From assembly GCA_963796955.1 (NCBI GenBank), contig CAWCNJ010000004.1, positions 256,001 to 320,000 of the forward strand: a stretch of DNA of 64,000 nucleotides, given 5' to 3'. A program made the translations under genes and the position numbers. Below are positions 50,076-58,810 of the stretch, piece after piece (the first letter of the stretch is position 1; each line of letters starts with the position of its first letter). This DNA is from Endomicrobiales bacterium. Its GTDB lineage: Bacteria > Elusimicrobiota > Endomicrobiia > Endomicrobiales > JALOBY01. Below the pieces are notes generated by a model, which was not told the origin of the DNA, made no database searches, and was given only the letters and a program-made list of their open reading frames with translations.

Positions 50076-50104
50076 ACGGTTTTAGCGCCGAAGTCGGCTC
50101 CCGT
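50076..50104 (-). promoter_or_regulatory. L1-binding mRNA site before rplK
   Basis: acgggagccgacttcggcgctaaaaccgt adjacent to the SD. Confidence 0.72.
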
Positions 50105-50114
50105 TTATTGTTAT

Positions 50115-50645
50115 TTATATTTTTTCTACTTGCAGATAATCAAGTTCTACCGGTGTCGGGCGGCCGAATATCGTGACCATGACTTTCAGCTTGCCTTTTT
50201 CTTCGTTAACTTCTTCCACCACGCCCACGAAGTGTTTGAACGGCCCTTCAATGATACGCACATTCTCTTCTTTTTCGAAGGTAATGGAGGGGCGCGGCTT
50301 ATGGGCTGAGTCGGGGTTCATATTCTCAAGAAGGTTGGCTACTTCGTCATCAGGCATCGAAACGGGCTTAACGCCGCCCAGGAAGCCTGTTACGCCGGCG
50401 GTGTTGCGCACCAGCCAGTAGGTCTCATTGTCTATGGTCATCTCGGCGAAAACATAGCCGGGGAAAAATTTACGTTTCTTTACGCACTTTTTGTTGCGCT
50501 TTATCTCCACCACTTCTTCGGTCGGCACGGCGATCTGGGAGATCCTGTCATTAAGGCCAAGGTTGGCAATTGCTTTGTCAAGGCTTGACTTAACGCGGTC
50601 TTCATGGCCTGAATACGTATGGACTACATACCACTTATTAGACAT
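50115..50645 (-). CDS. nusG: transcription factor NusG
   Basis: WYVVHTYSG, FPGYV, KOW IEGPF, IFGRPTPVEL. Confidence 0.98.
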   Translation of the reverse strand: MSNKWYVVHTYSGHEDRVKSSLDKAIANLGLNDRISQIAVPTEEVVEIKRNKKCVKKRKFFPGYVFAEMTIDNETYWLVRNTAGVTGFLGGVKPVSMPDDEVANLLENMNPDSAHKPRPSITFEKEENVRIIEGPFKHFVGVVEEVNEEKGKLKVMVTIFGRPTPVELDYLQVEKI

Positions 50646-50659
50646 GTTGTTAACCTCGA

Positions 50660-50848
50660 CTAGAGTAAGATGCCCATGATGCGGGAAAGGATAAGGTCTA
50701 CGAAACTGACGAACAGTGCCATGATAGATACAAATATTATGATAACCACTGTCGAAGCGACAACTTCTTTCCTCGAAAGCCAGCTGACTTTTTTCAGCTC
50801 GTTATACGCGTCTTTTAAGAACTCGATAGCCTGATGATACCAGTTCAT
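50660..50848 (-). CDS. secE: preprotein translocase SecE
   Basis: ELKKVSW plus TM; between tRNA-Trp and nusG. Confidence 0.93.
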   Translation of the reverse strand: MNWYHQAIEFLKDAYNELKKVSWLSRKEVVASTVVIIIFVSIMALFVSFVDLILSRIMGILL

Positions 50849-50871
50849 GACCCATCCCTTTTCAAAAGTCT

Positions 50872-50945
50872 TGGCGGGAGCAGAAGGATTTGAACCCTCA
50901 AAACCGGTTTTGGAGACCGGAAGTTTACCATTAGCTTATGCTCCC
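50872..50945 (-). tRNA. tRNA-Trp(CCA)
   Basis: cloverleaf, anticodon loop CTCCAAA, CCA end. Confidence 0.95.
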
Positions 50946-50983
50946 GTAAACGTCAAACCGATTTCGCCGTTATAATATTGTCG

Positions 50984-51136
50984 TTACTTTGTTTCTTTGT
51001 GCGGCGTGTGCTTTCCGCAATTGCGGCAAAACTTCTTAACTTCAAGCTTCTGGTCGCGCTTCCTGCCGCGGCTGAAGTAGTAGTTACGATTCTTGCATTC
51101 CTGGCACCCCATGGTGATAATAACTCTGTCGCCCAT
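50984..51136 (-). CDS. rpmG: 50S ribosomal protein L33 (Zn-ribbon C+ form; absent from ORF track)
   Basis: MGDRVIITMGCQECKNRNY...KKFCRNCGKHTPHKETK. Confidence 0.95.
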   Translation of the reverse strand: MGDRVIITMGCQECKNRNYYFSRGRKRDQKLEVKKFCRNCGKHTPHKETK

Positions 51137-51161
51137 ATTTCGATTCCTTTATATATGTATG

Positions 51162-52367
51162 TTATTCCGTTATTTCTGTAACGACACCGGCGCCGACTGT
51201 GTGGCCGCCCTCGCGGATAGCGAAACGCAGCTGCGCTTCCATCGCAATCGGGGCGATAAGCTCTATGTCCATCAACACATTGTCGCCGGGCATTACCATC
51301 TCTACACCCGCCGGCAGCTGGGCAACACCCGTCACGTCGGTCGTTCTGAAATAGAACTGCGGACGGTATCCTTTAAAGAACGGGGTATGGCGGCCACCCT
51401 CTTCCTTGGTCAGGATATACACCTGTCCTTTGAATTTCTTGTGCGGCTTTATGGTTCCCGGGGCCGCTATGACCTGCCCGCGTTCTACCTGGTTCTTCTC
51501 TACGCCCCTCAACAGCATACCCACGTTATCGCCGGCCTGCGCGTCGTCAAGCAGCTTGCGGAACATTTCAAGACCGGTCGCAACAGACTTGCGGGTATCG
51601 GTCAATCCTACGATCTCTACCGCGTCGCCTACTTTTACTTTGCCGCGTTCCACACGTCCCGTCGCCACAGTGCCGCGGCCGGTGATCGTGAAGACGTCTT
51701 CCACTGACATAAGGAAGGGTTTGTCTATTTCACGCTGCGGAAGCGCTATGAACGTATCGCAGGCTTCCATCAGCTTTGTTATTGAATCTTCGCCGAGCTC
51801 AGATTTTTCGCCCTGCATAGCTTTTAATGCTGAACCGCGGATGATCGGCGTCTTGTCGCCGGGGAAACCGTACTTCGTCAGCAGGTCTCTTACTTCCATC
51901 TCCACAAGGTCAAGCAGTTCTTTATCTTCTACCGCGTCGCACTTGTTCAGATATACTACTATGCCGGGCACGTTCACCTGTTTGGCAAGCAAGATGTGCT
52001 CGCGGGTCTGCGGCATCGGGCCGTCTATGGCTGATACCACCAATATCGCTCCGTCCATTTGGGCGGCGCCGGTGATCATGTTCTTTACGTAGTCGGCATG
52101 GCCCGGGCAGTCTATGTGGGCGTAATGCCTGTTGGCCGTTGAGTATTCAACGTGGGACACGGCGATCGTTACGATCTTTGAATCGTCGCGGCGGCCCTGG
52201 GCTTCAGAGGCTTTCGCTACCATGTCGTATGATATGAATTCAGCAAAACCTTTGCCGGCCTGTACCTTCGTGATAGCCGCGGTCAATGTCGTTTTGCCGT
52301 GGTCGACGTGGCCTATGGTTCCGATGTTCGCGTGCGGCTTGGTGCGGTCAAATTTTGTTTTTGCCAT
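51162..52367 (-). CDS. tuf: elongation factor Tu
   Basis: [43 protein letters not shown]. Confidence 0.99.
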   Translation of the reverse strand: MAKTKFDRTKPHANIGTIGHVDHGKTTLTAAITKVQAGKGFAEFISYDMVAKASEAQGRRDDSKIVTIAVSHVEYSTANRHYAHIDCPGHADYVKNMITGAAQMDGAILVVSAIDGPMPQTREHILLAKQVNVPGIVVYLNKCDAVEDKELLDLVEMEVRDLLTKYGFPGDKTPIIRGSALKAMQGEKSELGEDSITKLMEACDTFIALPQREIDKPFLMSVEDVFTITGRGTVATGRVERGKVKVGDAVEIVGLTDTRKSVATGLEMFRKLLDDAQAGDNVGMLLRGVEKNQVERGQVIAAPGTIKPHKKFKGQVYILTKEEGGRHTPFFKGYRPQFYFRTTDVTGVAQLPAGVEMVMPGDNVLMDIELIAPIAMEAQLRFAIREGGHTVGAGVVTEITE

Positions 52368-52440
52368 CTTATTCCTCCGTTTTTAACTTCAGCTTATTAT
52401 ATGTTCTTATTTATAGCCGGCTTATAAGCCGCTTTACATT

Positions 52441-52516
52441 TGGAGCCCAGAATCGGATTTGAACCGACGACCTCTTCATTACCAATGAAGTGCTCTACCA
52501 GCTGAGCTATCTGGGC
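52441..52516 (-). tRNA. tRNA-Thr(GGT)
   Basis: cloverleaf, anticodon loop TTGGTAA, CCA end. Confidence 0.96.
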
Positions 52517-52551
52517 GTTAACGGCAACTTCTACATCTAAAGCGTTATCCG

Positions 52552-52670
52552 GGGAGACGGGAATCCTTCTCACCCGCCTTCGGCTCCTTCGAAGCCGGCT
52601 GCCTCGCTGCCGGTCGCCTTTGGCGACCTTTTCCGCCTACGCGGCGGCGCTTCGGTCAGCTTCGATTCCC
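52552..52670 (-). repeat. GC-rich multi-hairpin element ending in a 14-bp copy of the tRNA-Gly 3' region
   Basis: gggagacgggaatc at 52552-52565 equals 52684-52697; several internal hairpins. Confidence 0.65.
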
Positions 52671-52677
52671 TTTTTAC

Positions 52678-52751
52678 TGGAGCGGGAGACGGGAATCGAA
52701 CCCGCGTGGCCAGCTTGGAAGGCTGGAACACTACCATTGTGCTACTCCCGC
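52678..52751 (-). tRNA. tRNA-Gly(TCC)
   Basis: cloverleaf, anticodon loop CTTCCAA, CCA end. Confidence 0.96.
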
Positions 52752-52776
52752 AAGGTGCAATCGCTATTATTCAAAG

Positions 52777-52861
52777 TGGGCAGAGATGGATTTGAACCAC
52801 CGAAGGGCGTAAGCCCGCCAGATTTACAGTCTGGTGCAATAGACCGCTCTGCCATCTGCCC
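52777..52861 (-). tRNA. tRNA-Tyr(GTA), CCA not encoded
   Basis: anticodon loop CTGTAAA, long variable arm; followed by CTTT rather than CCA. Confidence 0.95.
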
Positions 52862-52917
52862 ATTTATGTCAATAAACCACAAAATAAAAAAAACTTAAGA
52901 AAGCCTTAAGTTCGTCT

Positions 52918-52946
52918 ATTATACACCAAAACTATTATCGTGTCAA
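52918..52946 (-). promoter_or_regulatory. consensus sigma70 promoter of the tRNA-tuf operon
   Basis: TTGACA-17 nt-TATAAT. Confidence 0.9.
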
Positions 52947-52978
52947 CAACTTTTTTATTCGGTGAAGAGACAACTGGA

Positions 52979-53251
52979 TTATCCGTAAATCTCATGAGTT
53001 CCAACATCAATATAAATCACATTGGAATCGCCAGCGAACTTAAATAGTACCCGGTAATGATAGTTTACCGAATAGGACCAGTAGTCTTTTAGTTTGCCTC
53101 GTAGTTGATGTGTTTTTAGTTTTGCGTCAAAAGGGTTTTCTCTAAATAGAGAATCCTTTTTGACAAGCATTTCTTGAATTTGTTTGGGAAGGTTGTTCAA
53201 TGCTTTGCTAAAGTGTGGAGTGTAGCCGACTACTACAGGGCCCTTGACCAT
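52979..53251 (-). CDS. RelE/YafQ-family mRNA interferase toxin
   Basis: YTPHFSK...NPFDAKLKTHQLRG...SYSVNYHYRVLF...DVGTHEIY. Confidence 0.88.
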   Translation of the reverse strand: MVKGPVVVGYTPHFSKALNNLPKQIQEMLVKKDSLFRENPFDAKLKTHQLRGKLKDYWSYSVNYHYRVLFKFAGDSNVIYIDVGTHEIYG

Positions 53252-53253
53252 GG

Positions 53254-53457
53254 TTAGCGTTTAATTGCTTCGGCGATCGTTTTTTTTGTGTATTTAACTT
53301 TTCCGGCTCGGATATCATGCTCGGCTTGCTTTATTACCGAAGCAACTTCATCGTATTCGGTGGCACGCCGCCGCAAAGCTTCATACTCCTTGCGCCGCAC
53401 CAATACAAGATCGTCACCATGTGAAAAATGTCTCGGAATTGCAATAGTCATTCCCAT
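53254..53457 (-). CDS. putative antitoxin
   Basis: small ORF directly upstream of toxin; LVLVRRKEYE...AEHDIRAGKV; GGAG SD before ATG 53457. Confidence 0.75.
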   Translation of the reverse strand: MGMTIAIPRHFSHGDDLVLVRRKEYEALRRRATEYDEVASVIKQAEHDIRAGKVKYTKKTIAEAIKR

Positions 53458-53487
53458 AGTCTTCTCCGTTGTTATATGCATAATAGA

Positions 53488-53516
53488 ATTGTAGCGTAAA
53501 TTTAATGCACAGTCAA
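53488..53516 (-). promoter_or_regulatory. sigma70 promoter of TA operon with palindromic spacer (possible operator)
   Basis: TTGACT-17 nt-TACAAT; spacer contains taaattta. Confidence 0.6.
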
Positions 53517-53576
53517 TAAGACCCTCCAAAAAAATCCAAAAAAATCTATTTGAAAAGCAGTTAGTAAAGAGATACA

Positions 53577-54110
53577 ATGACTAAATCAATGTCTCAGGGG
53601 GTATTTAATGCGCCGCGAACGAACAGGGCAGGAGGATTCATAGTGAATTCTATAAGAAAGAATATTGTACGAAGTTTTGCGGTGCTTTATGTTTTGGCGG
53701 TGATCTTGCCACGCTTTTTTATCGGCTCAGAACATCAATACTTTGCACTTCCAGGTATGCATTTGGGTGCGCACAATGGGATTTGGTCGGTTTTTCTTAT
53801 GTGTATATGGCCTGTTACTATTTTGGCTGAAGTGTTAATGATATTTGCCGGGATTCGACTGTTTGTTTTTGATGAAATTGGAAGGAGAATGGTGCTTGTT
53901 TCTCTTTTGGTGTCAATTGTTGCCGCGTTAGTTGATTTGGTTGTAGATGTGTCCAATTTTATGAATTTGATCTTTTTCAATTTGAATGAGGTTCTAAGTA
54001 CTTTAATAGGTAGTAGCGTTTTTGCGATTATGTGCATAGGTGGTATTATATTGCTTAGTAGTCCATCGGTTCGAAAGGGGTTTTATCCGAGCTCACTATC
54101 TGAAAAGTGA
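53577..54110 (+). CDS. hypothetical ~4-TM membrane protein
   Basis: hydrophobic segments, AT-rich. Confidence 0.65.
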   Translation: MTKSMSQGVFNAPRTNRAGGFIVNSIRKNIVRSFAVLYVLAVILPRFFIGSEHQYFALPGMHLGAHNGIWSVFLMCIWPVTILAEVLMIFAGIRLFVFDEIGRRMVLVSLLVSIVAALVDLVVDVSNFMNLIFFNLNEVLSTLIGSSVFAIMCIGGIILLSSPSVRKGFYPSSLSEK

Positions 54111-54143
54111 AGCAAGATTTTAACGATCACCCTGGCCGGTCTT

Positions 54144-54515
54144 TTGATCACGACAGGCGTATATTCAAACATTATGCATATCCAGAATGTTAAGGCAAAA
54201 TCAGTTTTTGTGAGTGCGGATGCTCTTTATCGGGCCAAGATGTTCAGCGCTGCGTTGTCCCGGCTGGAACCTATACAAATTGCTGACAGGGATGTTTTTT
54301 GTAAAAGCTATTTTCTGGCGGGGGAATGTTATTTCGCCCTTGGTCGCTTCCCGGAGGCCGTTGAGATTTACAAAAATTGTATATTTGTAGCTAATAATGA
54401 ATGGAAACAAGCTGCTTATGGCCGCTTGTATGAAGCATATAGGGTTTTAGGAAAGCCCGACGAGGCGGCTAAATATAAGGCGGAGGCCTCAACCATTTTG
54501 AGAGACAAACGCTGA
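54144..54515 (+). CDS. TPR-repeat protein (start uncertain)
   Basis: YFLAGECYFALGRFPEA and LYEAYRVLGKPDEA TPR motifs. Confidence 0.65.
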   Translation: MITTGVYSNIMHIQNVKAKSVFVSADALYRAKMFSAALSRLEPIQIADRDVFCKSYFLAGECYFALGRFPEAVEIYKNCIFVANNEWKQAAYGRLYEAYRVLGKPDEAAKYKAEASTILRDKR

Positions 54516-54663
54516 AAGTAATAGCTTTTAAAGGCAGGGGCGCGTGGGAATACGGCTATCTTGCTCGTTGCAGTTTCTAGGGAGCTGAAGGCAGCATAGA
54601 TAGCTTGATAAAAAAGCACAATAAGAATATAATCATTCAAACGAAACATTTTCAGGGAGCGAT

Positions 54664-55440
54664 ATGGTATCGAAACGGCTTATTGTGATTAAGGTTGGCA
54701 CTAATCTGCTTACTCGGGCTGATGGAAAACTTAATACCGCCCGCATAGGCCTGCTTTCCCGCGAGATCGTGGCTCTTCAAAGGTCCGGCAAGCAGGTTAT
54801 ACTGGTTACCAGCGGGGCTATCGGCGCCGGCATGGGGAAAATGGGTTTAAAACAGCGCCCGACCATGCTGAAAGACCGGCAGGCTCTGGCCGCTGTGGGC
54901 CAGCCGCTGCTGATGGAGTTGTATCAGGGAGCGTTCAAAAAAAGTAAGGCCACGGTAGCGCAGGTACTTTTAACGCGTTACGACCTTGAAGACCGCCAGA
55001 GATCCGGCAATATCCGCAACACGCTTAAAACCCTGCTGGATCAAGGCATTATTCCTATTATCAATGAGAACGATACCGTTGCGGTTGAAGAGATCGGCGC
55101 GAATTTCGGGGATAATGATACCTTGGCCTCGGTCGTCGCCTGTGCCATGAATGCCGGATTCTGCTTTCTGCTGACGGACGTGGACGGCCTCTACAGCGGC
55201 GTGCCGGGTAAAAGCCCGCTCATTCCGCTGGTTAAAAAAATTACTTCCGATATAGAGCATTGCGCCGGCCCGGCCTGCTCCTCGGGGAAGGGTACCGGCG
55301 GGATGGTCACAAAGCTTAAAGCCGCCAAGGCCGCCACCGCCGCAGGCGTTACCATGGTTATTGTTAACGGGGGAATTCCGGAGGTAGTCACAAAAGTGCT
55401 TGCCGGACAGAAGTTGGGAACTACGTTCCTTCCATCGTAG
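54664..55440 (+). CDS. proB: glutamate 5-kinase (no PUA domain)
   Basis: VIKVGT, VTSGAIGAG, PIINENDTV, FGDNDTL, GTGGMVTKL. Confidence 0.96.
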   Translation: MVSKRLIVIKVGTNLLTRADGKLNTARIGLLSREIVALQRSGKQVILVTSGAIGAGMGKMGLKQRPTMLKDRQALAAVGQPLLMELYQGAFKKSKATVAQVLLTRYDLEDRQRSGNIRNTLKTLLDQGIIPIINENDTVAVEEIGANFGDNDTLASVVACAMNAGFCFLLTDVDGLYSGVPGKSPLIPLVKKITSDIEHCAGPACSSGKGTGGMVTKLKAAKAATAAGVTMVIVNGGIPEVVTKVLAGQKLGTTFLPS

Positions 55441-55494
55441 CGACGCGGAATTTTGCGTTCCTGCCCTTCATTTATCCCCTGTCGGTAAATCCCC

Positions 55495-55524
55495 TGAAAC
55501 TTTTCGCGCGGGAGCGCTGTCTAA
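55495..55524 (+). promoter_or_regulatory. ECF-sigma promoter candidate 3 (autoregulatory)
   Basis: TGAAAC-N17-TGTCTAA directly before the ECF sigma gene. Confidence 0.82.
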
Positions 55525-55527
55525 ACT

Positions 55528-56082
55528 ATGAGTGCAAAAAAAATGAACGCTATCGCGACGGCCATCATAGACAATAAGGCCGCTGCGGCCACCTTCGAAG
55601 AAATATACCGGGAATACGCCGATTATGTTTACACCGTGGCCTACGGAATAGTTCTTCACCATGACGATGCCAGGGAAGTATCCCAGGAAACATTTGTAAA
55701 GGTCTATAAAAATCTTTCAAATTTCAGGCATGACTCCTCCCTTAAGACCTGGCTGTACCGCATAACCGTCAATGAAGCCCTCAATTATGTGAAGAAGTAC
55801 CGTAACAAACGTTCCGTGACGATCGATCTGGAGCAGGCGGACGGCGAGCTGTTGGCGCCGGCAGAAGATCCGGAGGCCGCGGGCAAGCACGCGGATGTCA
55901 TGAAAATGCTTACGGAACTAAAACCGGATTATCGCGCCTGCATGGTGTTGCGAAATATCCAGGGTCTCAGTTATCAGGAGATCGCGGACATCCTGGGCGA
56001 AAATATAAATACCGTGCGCACCCGGTTGCGCCGTGCGCGCGAACAATTACTGCAGTCTCTTAAGGGAGGTGATGGGAAATGA
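55528..56082 (+). CDS. ECF RNA polymerase sigma factor
   Basis: DAREVSQETF, TWLYRITVN, LSYQEIA...TVRTRLRRAR. Confidence 0.95.
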   Translation: MSAKKMNAIATAIIDNKAAAATFEEIYREYADYVYTVAYGIVLHHDDAREVSQETFVKVYKNLSNFRHDSSLKTWLYRITVNEALNYVKKYRNKRSVTIDLEQADGELLAPAEDPEAAGKHADVMKMLTELKPDYRACMVLRNIQGLSYQEIADILGENINTVRTRLRRAREQLLQSLKGGDGK

Positions 56083-56534
56083 ACTGTACCGAGATGCAAA
56101 AGATCATCATAACAGATTTCTCCGACCATGAAACGGAACCGGCACTTCGGGGGGAAATTACCCGTCATCTGCTGGATTGCGCAGCCTGCCGCGCGCTTGA
56201 ACTGCGCGTGCGCACGCAATTAATGCAGCCGTTCGAACACATGGTACTGAAAGCGCCCGCCGGCATGTGGAACAATATACAGGAACAAATAGCTGCTCAG
56301 CCCGCGGATCAATGGTATTATCATTTTCTTCCAAAAGGGGTATCGTTCCCCAAAATAGCGCTCGCAGCCGGCTTGATCCTGATGCTTGCGGGGGGCGCGG
56401 AAGTGGTGTATCAGAAAAAGACGGTTTTTCAGCATGAGGCAGCGGTGTGCGTGCTGGAAAACATGAAGTATATGGAAACCCTTATAAATAATGAGGGTGC
56501 TATCGAAAATACCGAGATCGAAGAATTGATTTGA
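56079..56534 (+). CDS. zinc-finger (ZAS, zf-HC2) membrane anti-sigma factor
   Basis: MNC...HLLDCAAC plus one TM. Confidence 0.88.
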   Translation: MNCTEMQKIIITDFSDHETEPALRGEITRHLLDCAACRALELRVRTQLMQPFEHMVLKAPAGMWNNIQEQIAAQPADQWYYHFLPKGVSFPKIALAAGLILMLAGGAEVVYQKKTVFQHEAAVCVLENMKYMETLINNEGAIENTEIEELI

Positions 56535-56548
56535 ACGGAGGACGGGTA

Positions 56549-56992
56549 ATGAAAAGAAGGGTTTTAGCGGTCATGTGCAGTGCGGTGATCATGTTCGGCC
56601 TGTGCGGTTCAGCCCGCGCCGACCGGCCGGATGAAATGTCGGAAAAACACGAAAAGATGGCTCAAAAGATCGACAAAGAACTTAAACTTACCGCCGAGCA
56701 AAAAGAACAGCTGAGAACGTTCCGCGCGGACCAGCAGACCGTGATGAAGGACATTAGACGGCAGCTGAATGAAAAACGGCTGGCCATGAAGGAAGAGCTG
56801 GAAAAGCCGGAGTCCGACAAAGACGCCGTCGACGAATTGTCATCGGACATAAAGCAGCTTACCAGCCAGCAGATAGACCTGCATACGGCGGCCATGCTTA
56901 AAATGAAAGAAGTGCTTACCCGGGAACAGTTCAAGAAGTTCCTTGAGATGATGGATAAGCACATGAAAAATATGCCGCCCCCGAAAGACTGA
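56549..56992 (+). CDS. Spy/CpxP-family periplasmic protein
   Basis: signal peptide, LTAEQ and LTREQ. Confidence 0.85.
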   Translation: MKRRVLAVMCSAVIMFGLCGSARADRPDEMSEKHEKMAQKIDKELKLTAEQKEQLRTFRADQQTVMKDIRRQLNEKRLAMKEELEKPESDKDAVDELSSDIKQLTSQQIDLHTAAMLKMKEVLTREQFKKFLEMMDKHMKNMPPPKD

Positions 56993-57534
56993 TGTCCTGC
57001 GAAATGAAAATAGCAAAGGTCCTTCTCATGGTTTTTGTTCCTGCGTGCCTGTCCTCAGGCGCTGCATTTGCCTACGGCGGCGGCCCGGGCCCGGGCCGGC
57101 ACGGACATCCGCAGGTTGCCCAGGAACAGGGTTCCGAACATTCCTTATCGGACATCGCGGGTGTGGGCGAGCAGGAAATACGCCGCATCTTAAGCTATAA
57201 GCCGGAGCTAGAACTGACGGCGGATCAGGAGAGCGCCCTTCTCGCGGTCCGCGCCGAACTGATAAAAAACCTGGCTGTCGTGGTTAAAAGCTATATGCAG
57301 TGCCAGTACGAATACCTTGGGGTCGTAGACGCTGAAAACCCGGATTTCAAGGCGATACGTGATAAAGCCCGTGAAATGACGACGATAGAAACATACGTCA
57401 CCGCGCTTTCCGTAGATGCATTCGATAAGGCGTTCGCGGTGCTTAACGAAAAACAAAAAAACATGTGGGCCGTTCTCGCGAAAAAACGTCATGAAGAAAT
57501 GATGGAACGCATGGCGCGTCAGGCGATGCCTTAA
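56992..57534 (+). CDS. Spy/CpxP-like periplasmic protein
   Basis: signal peptide, LTADQ and LNEKQ. Confidence 0.72.
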   Translation: MSCEMKIAKVLLMVFVPACLSSGAAFAYGGGPGPGRHGHPQVAQEQGSEHSLSDIAGVGEQEIRRILSYKPELELTADQESALLAVRAELIKNLAVVVKSYMQCQYEYLGVVDAENPDFKAIRDKAREMTTIETYVTALSVDAFDKAFAVLNEKQKNMWAVLAKKRHEEMMERMARQAMP

Positions 57535-57565
57535 AAATCGGGAACAGGACTTTGCGAAAGGAAAT

Positions 57566-58804
57566 ATGATGCGATACCACAAGATCGTTGCCCTTCTTGG
57601 TGCCTTGCTTATACCGGGGCTGGCACAGGCCGTAGATCTAACCTGGGACGAAGCGCTGGCACGTACAAAACAAAGCAACCCGACCCTGATCAAAGCCTCT
57701 CAGACGGTGCGCAACGCACAGCTGAACAGCCGCAGGTCTAACAGCGCTTTTCTTCCTTCCCTCAGCGCCTCGGCAGGCGTTTCACGATCTCAGAGCGATC
57801 CGCTGCCCGTATCAAAACAGGCGTCGGCCGGATTGAGCGGTTCACTATCTATTTTTAACGGGTTTGCCGATGTAGCCGCAATGCAGCAGGCGGATGCGGA
57901 CCTGCAAATAGCGAGACAACGTTATCAACGTGCCCTCTCCGATGTCACGTATCACTTAAAACGCGATTATATCACCTTGTTGTGGGCCCAGGACCAGGTG
58001 GCATTATTTAAACAGATACAGGAAAAGCGCGACGAGAATATGAAGTTGATACAACTGAAATACGACGCCGGTATCGAAGACAAAGGCTCGCTGCTGCAAG
58101 TGCAGGCCGATAAGGCGCAGAGCGACTATGACGTAGACCGCGCCGAACGTGCAAGAACACTTGCCCTGGTCAATTTAAACCGCAGCATAGGCCTGGATGA
58201 GCCGGCGCCGTTCGTGGCTACCAGCAGCTTTGCCATCCCTTCTGAGGCGGCAGCTGCTCAAATAGAGGCCGCCTTACCGCAAACCCCCGAATATAAGATC
58301 GAAGCTTTCACGCTCAGTAAAGCCGCCGCTCAACGCACCGCCGCGCGCAGCGGTCTCTACCCTTCCCTTAATCTTAACGGCAGTGTAAGCCGCAGCGGCG
58401 ACAGCTGGTTCCCCGCTGATAACAGCTGGAGCGCCGGCCTTTTCCTGTCGTACCCTTTCTTCACCGGCGGCCGCAATTTTTACGATGCCGCCATCGGTTC
58501 CCTTGCCTACGAGATAGCGCAACAGACGTTCCGTGAGAACGTGCAGCAGCTGCGGTCCGCCATTTCCGAAGGATACAACGGGTATGCGGATACCGTCGAG
58601 GGTGTTTCTGTTGCCATCAAATCAACCTACGCCGCGCAAATGCAGTCGGATATAAAGACCGAGAAATATATGAACGGCCTGGTCGCGTATTTCGAGTGGT
58701 ATACCGATGTGAATAGCAATATAAACGCCCAAAAAAATCTGTTAAATACCAGACGCGACGCCCTGCTGCAGCAGGCGGCCTGGCAAAACCTTCTAGGAGA
58801 GTGA
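57566..58804 (+). CDS. TolC-family outer membrane protein
   Basis: signal peptide, AFLPSL/LYPSL OEP repeats. Confidence 0.88.
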   Translation: MMRYHKIVALLGALLIPGLAQAVDLTWDEALARTKQSNPTLIKASQTVRNAQLNSRRSNSAFLPSLSASAGVSRSQSDPLPVSKQASAGLSGSLSIFNGFADVAAMQQADADLQIARQRYQRALSDVTYHLKRDYITLLWAQDQVALFKQIQEKRDENMKLIQLKYDAGIEDKGSLLQVQADKAQSDYDVDRAERARTLALVNLNRSIGLDEPAPFVATSSFAIPSEAAAAQIEAALPQTPEYKIEAFTLSKAAAQRTAARSGLYPSLNLNGSVSRSGDSWFPADNSWSAGLFLSYPFFTGGRNFYDAAIGSLAYEIAQQTFRENVQQLRSAISEGYNGYADTVEGVSVAIKSTYAAQMQSDIKTEKYMNGLVAYFEWYTDVNSNINAQKNLLNTRRDALLQQAAWQNLLGE

Positions 58805-58810
58805 TACGGC

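Noticed and set aside
51093..52386. Long plus-strand ORFs opposite tuf (and similar shadow ORFs opposite recN, RND, macB, vor)
   Set aside because: Antisense shadows of conserved genes with no recognisable motifs
52552..52670. Additional tRNA or integrated prophage/ICE
   Set aside because: No cloverleaf; only ~120 nt between the repeats and no integrase nearby
52620..52898. 92-aa ORF
   Set aside because: Antisense to tRNA-Gly and tRNA-Tyr
53458..53577. N-terminal extension of the antitoxin in the ORF track
   Set aside because: It overlaps the predicted promoter; the SD supports ATG 53457
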